48,213 nucleotides of DNA, from positions 1 to 48,213 of the forward strand of contig CAZZLX010000002.1 in the NCBI GenBank assembly GCA_964655235.1. Reading direction: 5' to 3'. The position numbers and the translations under genes are program-made. The notes beneath the pieces are model-generated. The model saw only the letters and a program-made list of their open reading frames with translations, was not told where the DNA came from and ran no database searches. Position 1 is the first letter of the stretch; each line of letters begins with the position of its first letter. This stretch comes from an uncultured Rhizobium sp. Lineage in GTDB: Bacteria > Pseudomonadota > Alphaproteobacteria > SHVZ01. This document shows, one piece after another, positions 1 to 9,265 of this stretch.

Positions 1-693
1 GTCGTCGGCGTGCCCTACGGGGCCAAGGCCCGCCTGATCCTCGTCTACCTGATGACCGAAGGCATCAAGTCGCGCACCATCAGCCTCGGCAAGTCGATGA
101 CGGCGTGGATCCGAAGCCTCGGCATTCCTGTCACCGGGGGCGAGCGCGGCAGCATCAAGGCGATCCGGGAGCAGGCGCTTCGCATCTCGCGCTGTTCCTT
201 CACCTTCCAGTGGGATCACACCGAGACCCAGGAAGCCGTCATCCACGACCAGCAACTGGTCGAGGGCGGGCTTCATCTGTGGGCGGCCGACGAGGGTACC
301 TTCTTTCCGAAGGCGGTCGTGCTCACGCCGCAGTTCTACGACCATCTCCGCAATCATGCGGTTCCGCTCGATCCGCGCGCGATCGCCTATCTCAAGGGCT
401 CGCCGCTGTGCCTGGATCTCTACGTCTGGCTCGCGCACCGGCTTCCCCGGCTGTCCCGTTCGATCGAGATCCCCTGGGCCGTGCTCGCCCAGCAGTTCGG
501 CGCCGCTTATCAGGCGACCGCCGCGTTCGCCTATCGGGTGAAGGCGATCCTGCCCGATGTCCTCGCAGTCTATGACGGGGCCAAGGTGGATGTTTCCGCG
601 CGAGGACTTACGGTCCATCCGTCCCTGCCCGCTGTTCCGGCCTCCAAGTCGTACCTCCAGGGCCAGGCACGCCTCGTCGTCGCCAAGTCCTAG
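1..693 (+). CDS. repA: Replication initiator protein RepA (RPA/PF10134-like), 5'-truncated by the window edge
   Basis: The frame is open from nt 1; the GTG listed at 10 is in the same frame. PYGAKARLILVYL..LGKSM..GGERGSI..LTPQFYDHLRNHAVPLDPRAIAYLKGSPLCLDLYVWLAHRL matches my recollection of the plasmid/ICE 'replication initiator protein A' family. Stop TAG at 691-693. Confidence 0.8.
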   Translation, partial: VVGVPYGAKARLILVYLMTEGIKSRTISLGKSMTAWIRSLGIPVTGGERGSIKAIREQALRISRCSFTFQWDHTETQEAVIHDQQLVEGGLHLWAADEGTFFPKAVVLTPQFYDHLRNHAVPLDPRAIAYLKGSPLCLDLYVWLAHRLPRLSRSIEIPWAVLAQQFGAAYQATAAFAYRVKAILPDVLAVYDGAKVDVSARGLTVHPSLPAVPASKSYLQGQARLVVAKS

Positions 694-697
694 CTGC

Positions 698-2707
698 CTA
701 GGGCAGCTGAGGCGTTTCGCACCACCGGGTCCACATCGTTCTGAAGGCGCCTTCCAGCGCGCGTGCGTAGGCGGGACCGTCGCAGAGGATCGAGCCTGAG
801 ATCCGGCCGCGAAGAGCGGCTCTGAGCGAGGATCGCCATTCCTGATCCATGGCGACGGATACGGCGATCTCTTCGTACTGCTCGGTCGACCGTGCCACCA
901 GCCTCTCCAGCTGCAGCGGGACATGGAATGACTCGGTCATCCGCTGAACGAAGCTCCACCCCGACAGGGTAACGACCGGAACCCCCATCCACAGGGCATC
1001 GAAGCTGGCCGAGGCTCCTGTGAAGGGAAACGTGTCGAGGACTATGTCGAGATCGTTGTAGCGCTTCTGGTGATCGTAACGGCTGTCATCCGAGGTCATG
1101 AGATCGACACGGCTGAAGTCGCCTCCGGCAGCTTCGAACAGACGACGATAGCGAACCTGGATCTCGGCATTCTTGAATGCTGTCCGGTTCTTGAGCACCA
1201 GTCTCGCGGTAGGAAGCCGGGCGAGGATGCGCGACCAGGAGCGGATCACATCGGCATTGATGCGTGCCGGATTCACGAAGCAGCCGAGCGTGACGAATCC
1301 CTTGGATACCGACGGAGGCTCCACGATCGGCGGATCGGATGCCGGCGGCCGGAAGAAATGGAGGATGGGCAACCGCTGAAGCCCTTCCGAAAAACGCTCC
1401 TCGGTTGCGTCAGGATGAAGGATGGCGTCGGTCAGCCAGTGCGTCGCACGGAGCACCCCCGTCGTGGTACCGGCGAAGGCCGAAAGCTGGATCGGTGCTG
1501 CTCCGTGAGCGGCAAGGAACAAGCGGTTGTCGTCGAAGTGGGCGGCCGGGACGACCAGAATATCCACCTGATCCTGACGGATGGCTCGCGCCACCGCCGC
1601 ATCGTCGAGCCCTTGGACGTCGCGCCATAGATCGCTCTTCGACCGGTACCACGCCGTCTCGGCGTCTTCCGCGCGCACGTCGGAATAGACGTTCAAGCTG
1701 AACCGGTCGCTGTTTCTGTGATCGAAGGCAGCCTTCAGGTACCGAGCCACCGGGTGCCCGCGGAGATCCGAGGACGCGTAGCCGATGATCAGCCGTCGCG
1801 TCGCATCCTTGCTGTTGGGCGGCGCTGGCAGCGGGTGGATTTTTGCTTCGAAGCGGGCAGCGACCCGCCGATGTTCGGCAAACAAGCAGTCCGGCGTGAG
1901 GCGCGGCAGGTGCAGGAGGCACGTCAGATACGTCTTGGCCGCCGTGACGCTGCCAGGATCGCAGGCCATCGCGCAGCGCGCCGTCGCGGTCGCGAGATCC
2001 GCCAGGCTCTGGTCCTTCAGCGCACCGGCAAGACCATTGAGCGCCTCGGCCCGCTGCGGCTCGAGAGCGACGGCTCGCCGGTAAGAGATGAGGCCTTCCT
2101 CGACCTGACCGCCATTGACGAGGATGTGCGCCAAGTTCGAATGCAGCGACCCGAGGCTCGAGTCGAGCGAGAGGCCGAATTCGAAGGCGGCTCTGCCCTC
2201 GCCGAACCGCCCAAGGTCGGTCAGCGCGAGGCCGAAGTTGTTCCAGCTTTCGGCACTGGCGATATCGAGGACGAGCGCGCGTCGCGTGTAGGCGAGGCTG
2301 CGCCGGCGATCGGAAAGCTGCCGGATGAGCAGGCCCAGGTTCGTCCAGACGGCTGGGGTCTCGGGATCGAGTGCGAGAGCGACCCGATATGCCCGGCGGG
2401 CGCCACCTGTGTCCGACGCTGCCACCAGGTCGGCCAGCAACCCCCATATCTCGGCACGATCGGGACCGAGGACCAGCGCACGGCGTCCGTATTCCTCGAC
2501 CAGGCCGACCCGTCCCATAGATCGCGCGGCGATCGCTTGGTTGGCCCAGAGCTCGGCGCGGGCCGGCATCAGCGCGAGAGCGCCGGCGATCAGGCGCGAC
2601 GCCAGACCGTGATGTCCCGCCAGGCCTGCCTCGACGCCACGATGCAGAAGGATCTCGGACCTCTCCGCATCCGCGCGGGAAATGAATGCGGCACCTGATG
2701 GGCTCAC
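698..2707 (-). CDS. TPR-repeat protein fused to a GT41 (O-GlcNAc-transferase/FlmG-like) glycosyltransferase domain
   Basis: The N-terminal half has TPR-like A/L-rich repeats. The C-terminal half carries blocks shared by all six paralogs here: RRLIIGYASSDLRGHPV, VDILV, AAPIQLS, GFVTLGCFVNPARI, LDTFPFTGASASFDALWMGVPVVTL, and a W..RWC tail. GTG start at 2707 overlaps the upstream stop (GTGA). Confidence 0.85.
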   Translation of the reverse strand: MSPSGAAFISRADAERSEILLHRGVEAGLAGHHGLASRLIAGALALMPARAELWANQAIAARSMGRVGLVEEYGRRALVLGPDRAEIWGLLADLVAASDTGGARRAYRVALALDPETPAVWTNLGLLIRQLSDRRRSLAYTRRALVLDIASAESWNNFGLALTDLGRFGEGRAAFEFGLSLDSSLGSLHSNLAHILVNGGQVEEGLISYRRAVALEPQRAEALNGLAGALKDQSLADLATATARCAMACDPGSVTAAKTYLTCLLHLPRLTPDCLFAEHRRVAARFEAKIHPLPAPPNSKDATRRLIIGYASSDLRGHPVARYLKAAFDHRNSDRFSLNVYSDVRAEDAETAWYRSKSDLWRDVQGLDDAAVARAIRQDQVDILVVPAAHFDDNRLFLAAHGAAPIQLSAFAGTTTGVLRATHWLTDAILHPDATEERFSEGLQRLPILHFFRPPASDPPIVEPPSVSKGFVTLGCFVNPARINADVIRSWSRILARLPTARLVLKNRTAFKNAEIQVRYRRLFEAAGGDFSRVDLMTSDDSRYDHQKRYNDLDIVLDTFPFTGASASFDALWMGVPVVTLSGWSFVQRMTESFHVPLQLERLVARSTEQYEEIAVSVAMDQEWRSSLRAALRGRISGSILCDGPAYARALEGAFRTMWTRWCETPQLP

Positions 2708-3339
2708 GGCTGCTGCCAGAACAGCTGCTCACAGAGGGCCATGTATTCGTTCCGCAGCATGTTGCCGAGCGAGAACCAGCGGATATAGGAGCGGATCTCC
2801 TCGGCCGGCAGTTCCAGAATGCCGCGCCGGTAGAGAACCTCCTGGGCTTCCCAGAGCAGAAGGTTCGCGGACAGGAGGCCGAAATAGGCTTCGGCCCATG
2901 TCCTGGCTTCGGCACCGGCGCGGATCGTGGAGATCTTGCCGACATAGAGAGGTTGATCCGGCTCCGCCTGGGCCAAGGCCCGGCAGATCTCGGGGATCTC
3001 GGACCGGGTCAGGACGTCCGCTCCGCCGGCATCGGCGTTGCGGTGCCGCAGGTTCCATTCCTTGACGACGAGAATGGTTAGCCGATCGGCGAGCAGGCCG
3101 ACGGTATTCATCCCGACCGCCCGCGAGCCGTCGCGCGTGCGGACCGACACCGGCCGCCTGATCGCGGCGATGAGGGCCGTCTCGGCATCGCGCATACGCT
3201 CCAGGCGCGGCTTGAGGTCGCCCAGCAGGCGATCGAGCGGCTGGGCTTTGTCGCTGAGGCCGAGGCGCGCCGCGAAGTCGCGCGAATAGTCGGCGAGCGC
3301 GAGGAAGTAGCTCTGGTCAGGTACGGAGAATGAGATCAT
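2704..3339 (-). CDS. Hypothetical helical protein, possibly DUF4254-like
   Basis: I start it at the internal ATG 3339 (MISFSVPDQSY...). The longer ORF to 3504 would overlap the upstream oxidoreductase gene by about 190 nt. It contains LADRLTILVVKEW and LLLWEAQEVLYR, which resemble motifs in the small protein at 4499-4894. The family name is from memory only. Confidence 0.55.
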   Translation of the reverse strand: MISFSVPDQSYFLALADYSRDFAARLGLSDKAQPLDRLLGDLKPRLERMRDAETALIAAIRRPVSVRTRDGSRAVGMNTVGLLADRLTILVVKEWNLRHRNADAGGADVLTRSEIPEICRALAQAEPDQPLYVGKISTIRAGAEARTWAEAYFGLLSANLLLWEAQEVLYRRGILELPAEEIRSYIRWFSLGNMLRNEYMALCEQLFWQQP

Positions 3340-4399
3340 CGCACGTGAGGACGGACATGGTGGACGCGGAGGCCTCGATCTGCGCCATGAGATACTGGGT
3401 GCGCCATCCCTGTGCAAAGCCCGGCTCGCATTGGCCGCCGGCGCGGACCGCCGCGACGAAACGATCAAGGAGGCGCCGGAAGGGCAATGCCCGGCCGCCG
3501 GCATTGTCCTGGTGCCGATCCCTGGCGACGACCTCGGCCGCCCCGTCGGTCGGGACGCGGTAGAGCGCGAACCCGGTCATGATGCCGGGCTGCTCCTTGA
3601 CCAGGCGGTAGCTTCCCTTGGTGCAGAGGATCACCCATTCGTGGATGTCTTCGCCAGGAGCTGCATTGTCGAGCAGGACGCGAGCGGTTGTACCGTTGCG
3701 ATGGTGCAGCAGGATCTCCGCGCGATCCCATGCAGCCAAGGTGTCCGGGGGCGCGAAGGTCCGGGTGCGCAAGTTGTCGAGGGAGGCCTCGAGAGAGTGG
3801 ATCGGACCGAGCAACCATTCGGCGAGATGCGCAACGTGACTGGCGAAGCTGGTGACGACCCCCCCGAAGCGCCGACCGTCGGTCTTCCAGCTCCATATGT
3901 GATGCTTGTGCGCGTAGGACTCGGTTCGCCAAGCCAGTTCCGCCCGGATCGGCGTCCCGAGTTCTCCCGACACGAGTCCGTCACGGAGCGCCCGGAACGT
4001 GTCGAGCTCGGAGAAGCTGAAATTTACCGCCGTGGTCAGGTTTGCCGAGAGGCGGGCGAGAGCGGAGGCTTCGGCGAGGGTTGCCGCGATCGGCTTCTCG
4101 CTCACGACCGCGATGCCGCGCATCAGCGCCGATTGCACCGCCGCCGCCGTGACATCGGGCGGGAGGGCGATCGAGACGATGTCCGGCTCAAGCGCCAGCA
4201 ACTCCTCGACGTCGTCGGTCGCATGGGCGATGCCGTGCCGGGCGGCGGCATCGATGGCCTTGTCGCGACGGCGAGAGGCGACGCCGACGACCTCGACCCC
4301 CGGCTGGTCAAGCCAACCGGGAAGATGTACAGCGTATCCGAAACCGAGGCCTGCCACCGCGACACGAAGTGGCCGCCTGGGGCTTCCAGCAGATGACAT
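3317..4399 (-). CDS. Gfo/Idh/MocA family NAD(P)-dependent oxidoreductase
   Basis: N-terminal Rossmann signature LRVAVAGLGFGYAVHLPGW, followed by the EKP motif (VVSEKPIAATLAEA) typical of this family. Length is 360 aa. Confidence 0.8.
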   Translation of the reverse strand: MSSAGSPRRPLRVAVAGLGFGYAVHLPGWLDQPGVEVVGVASRRRDKAIDAAARHGIAHATDDVEELLALEPDIVSIALPPDVTAAAVQSALMRGIAVVSEKPIAATLAEASALARLSANLTTAVNFSFSELDTFRALRDGLVSGELGTPIRAELAWRTESYAHKHHIWSWKTDGRRFGGVVTSFASHVAHLAEWLLGPIHSLEASLDNLRTRTFAPPDTLAAWDRAEILLHHRNGTTARVLLDNAAPGEDIHEWVILCTKGSYRLVKEQPGIMTGFALYRVPTDGAAEVVARDRHQDNAGGRALPFRRLLDRFVAAVRAGGQCEPGFAQGWRTQYLMAQIEASASTMSVLTCDDLILRT

Positions 4400-4498
4400 A
4401 AGATTATTGTCCGTCAGAGCGCGCGGAAGGCTGGGAACGCTTCTTGAACATACCGTCGAGGAGGTGGTACCAGCAGACCGATATTCAGGGGGCCGGAA

Positions 4499-4894
4499 AT
4501 GTTAGTGCAAATCGAGATCTCCCCAGGAGAGCTCCTAGATCGCATTGTAATTCTAAAGATAAAGAAGCAAAGGCTGGTCGGAGCGGCGAAGCAGGCGAAT
4601 GTCGTTTCTGAACTGGAGCGCTTGCAGAAGATTCAATCTCGGACCGTTGAAATTGACGAAGTCATGAATCGTTTGTGTATTGAACTTGAGCGGATCAACG
4701 ACGAGATCTGGGTATTGACCGATCAGGTCTATGAGCGTCGGCGGCAGGGCATCTACGACGAGTCACTTGCGCGGCTTTGCATGCGGGCATTCGACCTCAA
4801 CCGGGAGCGCGCGGAAGTCAAACGGCGCATAGACGATCGGCTCGGTTCGAGCATTCTCGAAGAGAAGAACTACGGCGATATCGTGAATGCCTGA
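4499..4894 (+). CDS. Small helical protein, DUF6165-like
   Basis: MLVQIEISPGELLDRIVILKIKKQRL...ELERINDEIWVLTDQV...NRERAEVKRRIDDRLGSSILEEKNY matches my recollection of DUF6165 proteins. The gene and its flanks are visibly lower in G+C, about 43-57% per 60-nt line against about 67% elsewhere. Confidence 0.6.
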   Translation: MLVQIEISPGELLDRIVILKIKKQRLVGAAKQANVVSELERLQKIQSRTVEIDEVMNRLCIELERINDEIWVLTDQVYERRRQGIYDESLARLCMRAFDLNRERAEVKRRIDDRLGSSILEEKNYGDIVNA

Positions 4895-4978
4895 TATTAC
4901 CCCACGGCCCCCGGGACGGAGTGCGCTCTGACGGGCGTTGGTCGTGCCGTGTGAAGCGTCGCAAAGGTCGAGTCGATC

Positions 4979-7645
4979 ATGAAAGCTCTAAAGGTTCTCG
5001 GCGACGGTATCCGCCGGCTCTCCACCGTTTCCGCCCGCAGGGAGATCTCCCGCCTTTGCCGGGAGATCTCGGCGCGCGAGCCGGAATTCGCAGCGCTCTC
5101 CGACGAGGAGCTGCAGGCGCGGGGCCGGGACCTGAAGCAGCAGGCGGCGGCGGGAACGCCGCTCGACGATCTCCTGGTTCCGGCTTTCGCCGCGGTTCGC
5201 GAGGCGGCTAAGCGCGTTCTCGGCCAGCGGCCTTTCGACGTCCAGATCATGGGCGGCATCGCCCTTCACCAGGGCCTCGTCGTCGAGATGAAGACCGGCG
5301 AAGGCAAGACGCTGGCGGCGACGATGCCGGCGTTCCTGAACGCGCTCGGCGGCCGCGGCGTGCATGTCGTGACCGTCAACGACTACCTGGCCAAACGCGA
5401 TGCGGAGTGGATGGGAGCTGTGTATCGCTTCCTCGGCCTCGAGGTCGCGAGCCTCACCGGGGGGATGGAGGTGGCTGACCGGAAGCGCGCCTACCAGGCC
5501 GACATCACCTACGGAGTGCATACTGAATTCGCCTTCGACTATCTGCGCGACAATCTCCGGCACTCCCTCGACGAGATCGTCCAGCGCGACCTCGACTACG
5601 TAATCATCGACGAGGTCGACTCCGTCCTGATCGACGAGGCGCGGATGCCGATCGAGATCATGACGCCGTCATTGGAAACGTCGGCATCCTGCTACGAAGT
5701 CGATCGGCTGATCCAGCAACTCGACCCGGATCACATCGATCTCGACGAGAAGCAGCGCCGGGTGCAGCTGACCGAGGACGGCATCGACCGGATCGAGGAG
5801 CTGCTGAAGGGCGCTGGCCTGATCAAGGAAGGCGACCTTTACGACCACCAGAACCTCTGGCTCGTTCAGCTCGTGAGTCAGGCGCTCAGCGCCCACCATC
5901 TCCACAAGCGCGACCGCGACTACATCGTCAAGGACGGCGACGTGGTCGTCATCGACGAGCTGCGCGGACGCATGCTCTCGGGCCGGCGGCTCGGCGACGG
6001 ACTGCACGAGGCGCTCGAGGCCAAGGAAGGCCTGACGCTTCGTAACCAGGGAACGACCGTCGCGCAGACCACCTACCAGAACTACTTCCGCCTCTATCGC
6101 CGCATCGGCGGCATGACTGGTACAGCTTCCATGGACGCGCAGGAGTACCAGCAGATCTACGGCCTTTCCGTGGTCGACATCCCGACTAATCGGCCGATGA
6201 TCCGGGTCGACGGCGACGATGAGGTCTATCGCTCCTCGACGGAGAAGCTGGCTGCGATCGTGGAGCGTACGAAGAAGCACCACGCGCGCCGACAGCCGAT
6301 CCTGATCGGAACGACGTCGGTCGGGCAGTCGGAGGCCATTTCGGCGGAACTTTCGCGTCACGGCATCGCGCACGAGGTGCTCAACGCCCGTCAGCACGAG
6401 CGCGAAGCCGAGATCATCGCCGAGGCGGGTCGGCCGGGCGCGGTCACCGTCGCGACAAACATGGCCGGGCGAGGCACCGACATCCAGCTGGGTGGCAACC
6501 TCGCCCATCGGGTCGCCCAGGCAACTGCCGGCATGAGCGATGCGGCGGAAATCGCCAGGGTCACGGAGACGATCACGCGCGAGGTGGCCGAGGCGCGCGA
6601 AGCGGCGCGGGCGGCGGGCGGCCTGCTCATCATCGGCACCGAGCGCTTCTACTGCCGGCGCATCGACGATCAGTTGATCGGTCGTGCAGGTCGCCAGGGA
6701 GATCCGGGCGAGACGGTGTTCATGCTGTCGCTCGACGACGAGCTCATCCGCATCTTCGGCGGCGCCGACCGGCTGCGCCGCCGGCTCGACAAGATCGGGC
6801 TCGACCAGGGCGCCGCGATGTTCCATTCCTGGCTCACCCGTGCGATCCGCAAGGCCCAGGGCACGGTCGAGGAGATGCAGGTCGAGAGCCGCATGCGCAT
6901 CCTCGACTTCGACGACGTCGCCAACGACCAGCGAAAGATCGTCTACAACCTGCGTCGCGAGATCCTGGCCGAAGAGGATTTCGACCATCGGCTGGCGCCC
7001 ATGCGGACGGAGATCCTGGCGGCGATGATCGCACGCCGCATACCGCCGGACGCGTACGCCGAGCAATGGGACCTTGCCGGCCTCAAGGCCGATCTGCTCG
7101 ATCTGTTCAATCTGGTCGTTCCGGTGGAGGCCTGGGCCGCCGAGGAAGGCATCGCCGACGAGGAGATGCTGCAGAGGATCGAGACCTGCGTCGTCGACCT
7201 CTGGAGGCAGCGGCTCGAGGCCTTCGAGCCGGGTGAACGCCTTCGGGTAACGCGCTACGTCGTCATGCACGCCCTCGACCAGTGCTGGCTCCACCAGATC
7301 GCGTCCCTCGAGCACCTGCGCTTCGGCGTCAATCTGCGGTCGACGGCCTTGCTGATCCCCCTGCAGGAATACCGGAAGGAGGCCTACAGCTTTTTCGAGG
7401 AGATGCTGGCGGAGGTCGGAAAGACCGTCGCGCGCTCGCTGTCGCGCCTCGTTCCCAACCCCGACCCGGTGAAAAATCCCGCACCGCCCCCGCCGCCGAC
7501 CGAGCCTGTCCGCGTCAAGCGCCTGCAGATGTGCCCATGCGGATCGGGATTGCGCTTCAAGGAATGTCACGGGCGCGTCGTCGGATCGGAGGCGATGAAT
7601 TCGCCGGCAGTCGCCGACGTCGCAGTTCATTCCTCCAAGGCATAG
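4979..7645 (+). CDS. secA: SecA-family preprotein translocase ATPase, probable accessory paralog
   Basis: Full SecA architecture is present: Walker A EMKTGEGKTLAA, VTVNDYLAKRDAEWM, Walker B IIDEVDSVLIDEAR, NBD2 blocks VATNMAGRGTDIQLGG and GGLLIIGTER..RRIDDQLIGRAGRQGDPGE, and the C-terminal zinc motif CPCGSGLRFKECHG. It departs from canonical motifs: DEAR-MPIEIMTP in place of DEARTPLIISG, and TERFYCRR in place of TERHESRR. Confidence 0.9.
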   Translation: MKALKVLGDGIRRLSTVSARREISRLCREISAREPEFAALSDEELQARGRDLKQQAAAGTPLDDLLVPAFAAVREAAKRVLGQRPFDVQIMGGIALHQGLVVEMKTGEGKTLAATMPAFLNALGGRGVHVVTVNDYLAKRDAEWMGAVYRFLGLEVASLTGGMEVADRKRAYQADITYGVHTEFAFDYLRDNLRHSLDEIVQRDLDYVIIDEVDSVLIDEARMPIEIMTPSLETSASCYEVDRLIQQLDPDHIDLDEKQRRVQLTEDGIDRIEELLKGAGLIKEGDLYDHQNLWLVQLVSQALSAHHLHKRDRDYIVKDGDVVVIDELRGRMLSGRRLGDGLHEALEAKEGLTLRNQGTTVAQTTYQNYFRLYRRIGGMTGTASMDAQEYQQIYGLSVVDIPTNRPMIRVDGDDEVYRSSTEKLAAIVERTKKHHARRQPILIGTTSVGQSEAISAELSRHGIAHEVLNARQHEREAEIIAEAGRPGAVTVATNMAGRGTDIQLGGNLAHRVAQATAGMSDAAEIARVTETITREVAEAREAARAAGGLLIIGTERFYCRRIDDQLIGRAGRQGDPGETVFMLSLDDELIRIFGGADRLRRRLDKIGLDQGAAMFHSWLTRAIRKAQGTVEEMQVESRMRILDFDDVANDQRKIVYNLRREILAEEDFDHRLAPMRTEILAAMIARRIPPDAYAEQWDLAGLKADLLDLFNLVVPVEAWAAEEGIADEEMLQRIETCVVDLWRQRLEAFEPGERLRVTRYVVMHALDQCWLHQIASLEHLRFGVNLRSTALLIPLQEYRKEAYSFFEEMLAEVGKTVARSLSRLVPNPDPVKNPAPPPPPTEPVRVKRLQMCPCGSGLRFKECHGRVVGSEAMNSPAVADVAVHSSKA

Positions 7646-7705
7646 AGTCGGGGTTACGCTGAACGAAGCGGAGCCGGCGGCGATGTACGCGGCACTCCAG
7701 CACCG

Positions 7706-9265
7706 ATGAAGGGACAGGATGGCTCCTTCGCCTTGAGGCGGCGGCTCGCCGATGCCCCTTCGTCGCCGCAGGACCTCGTCGATCTCGGGCTTGCCGCCTT
7801 CAGGGGGCGCGAGGACGGCGCGGCCAGCTGGCTCGGGCGGGCCGCCGCGACCGTCGAGGACTCCGCGGTGCAGTTCGCCTATGCGGTCGCGACCGCCGAG
7901 AACCGTAACGCGCGGCGCGCGCTCAAACGGGCGCTGACGCTGGAGCCGACCTACTCGCCCGCCTGGGTCGAGCGAGCGTCACGGGATCCGGAGACTGCGG
8001 TCCGCAGTCTCCAGCGCGCGATGACCATCGACCCGACGGATATCGGCCTGGCCGTCAGCTTGGCGGCGGTCCTGCTCGACCGCCGCGAGGTTGCCGGAGC
8101 GCGCACCATCCTGGAGGCTGTTCTCGCCGCCGACCGCGAGCGGGCGTCGGCCTGGATCAATCGGGGCCGGGTCGCCGTCGAAGAGGACGACTGGCCTTAT
8201 GGTCTGGTTTGCGCACGACGCGCAGTCGTCCTTGCACCCGCCATGTTCGAAGGCTGGTTGAATATCGGGGGCATCTTCGAGGAGCGTGGCGACCGGGACG
8301 CGGCCGTCTCCGCCTCGGCACGGGCGGTCGTCATCGAGCCCCGCCACCCCAAGGCGCGATGGAACCGATGCCTGACCCGCCTCGGGCAAGGCGACTGGCG
8401 GAAGGGTTTTGCGGATTTCGACGTCCGCTTCCTGGTCCAGCAAGCCTATCCACACACACTCGCCCTGCCCCGCTGGGACGGCAGGACGCGTGCCGCGCAC
8501 CTGCTCGTCCACGACGAGATCGGCTATGGCGACGTCTTCAACTTCCTTCGCTATGTGCCGTTGGCGAGGGCGCGGGTGGATCGCCTGACGCTCGAGGTGA
8601 AGCCGGGCCTTCCCCGACTGCTCGAGGGATATCCCGGCATCGACCAAGTGATCGAGCGTGGCGCCGTTCCGCCGGTCGAGGCCGGCTATGACGCCTATCT
8701 TCCGATGGAGAGCCTGCCGGGACTTTTCGCGACGACGGTGGAAACAATTCCTCCGCCCACTCCCTACATCCGGCCGCCGGCGGCGTTGAAAGCGGCATGG
8801 GTGCGGCGGCTGGCGGACTGCCACCGTCCGCGCATCGGATTGTGCTGGGCGGGAAATCCCGGAAGCGGCTTCGATCAGAAGCGCTCGTGCCGGCTTTCCG
8901 ACCTGCAGCCCATTCTGGCGGTCGAGGGTCTGTCCTTCGTCTCGCTGCAGAAGGCGCCTGAGCCCATCCTCGCACCCGGCCTGCTCTCGGTCGGAGACCA
9001 GTTCGTGGACTTCGCCGATACGGCTGCCGCCATCTCAGAGCTCGACCTGGTGATTTCCGTCGAGACCTCGGTGGCGCATCTGGCCGGCGCGATGGGGCAG
9101 GCGCTCTGGATCCTGCTGGCGCCCAACCCCGCGTGGCGCTGGCTGCGTGATCGCGAGGATACACCCTGGTATCCGGGTGCCCGGCTCATACGCCGTAAGC
9201 CGGACGAGTCCTGGTCCGACGTGACGAGGAAAGTCGCCGACGACCTGCGAGCGCGCTTTGCTTGA
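7706..9265 (+). CDS. TPR-repeat protein fused to a GT9 (heptosyltransferase-like) domain
   Basis: N-terminal TPR-like repeats. The C-terminal part has GT9-type blocks shared with three paralogs: DEIGYGDVFNFLRYVP, IGLCWAGNP, FADTAAAISELDLVISVETSVAHLAGAMGQALW, and RWLRDREDTPWYPGARLIRR. Confidence 0.8.
   Translation: MKGQDGSFALRRRLADAPSSPQDLVDLGLAAFRGREDGAASWLGRAAATVEDSAVQFAYAVATAENRNARRALKRALTLEPTYSPAWVERASRDPETAVRSLQRAMTIDPTDIGLAVSLAAVLLDRREVAGARTILEAVLAADRERASAWINRGRVAVEEDDWPYGLVCARRAVVLAPAMFEGWLNIGGIFEERGDRDAAVSASARAVVIEPRHPKARWNRCLTRLGQGDWRKGFADFDVRFLVQQAYPHTLALPRWDGRTRAAHLLVHDEIGYGDVFNFLRYVPLARARVDRLTLEVKPGLPRLLEGYPGIDQVIERGAVPPVEAGYDAYLPMESLPGLFATTVETIPPPTPYIRPPAALKAAWVRRLADCHRPRIGLCWAGNPGSGFDQKRSCRLSDLQPILAVEGLSFVSLQKAPEPILAPGLLSVGDQFVDFADTAAAISELDLVISVETSVAHLAGAMGQALWILLAPNPAWRWLRDREDTPWYPGARLIRRKPDESWSDVTRKVADDLRARFA

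Noticed and set aside
692-708. Perfect 7-bp palindrome with a 3-nt loop between repA and the GT41 gene, considered as an intrinsic terminator
   Set aside because: The stem is short, there is no U-tract on either strand, and it overlaps both stop codons. I note it only as a sequence curiosity.
1410-2945. 511-aa ORF overlapping the first TPR-GT41 gene on the same strand in another frame
   Set aside because: The composition is extremely Arg/Pro/Ser-rich, and the alternative frame has clear GT41/TPR homology.
4432-4447. Sigma-54-like -24/-12 element (TGGGAACGCTTCTTGA) upstream of the DUF6165-like/secA operon
   Set aside because: The GG to TTG spacing is one nucleotide longer than the strict consensus, and the -12 GC is replaced by GA. 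The support is too weak.
5669-7630. 653-aa ORF antisense to secA
   Set aside because: It is an Arg/Leu/Asp/Gly-rich product with no recognisable motifs, fully nested opposite a gene with unmistakable SecA motifs. This is a typical shadow ORF in 67% G+C DNA.
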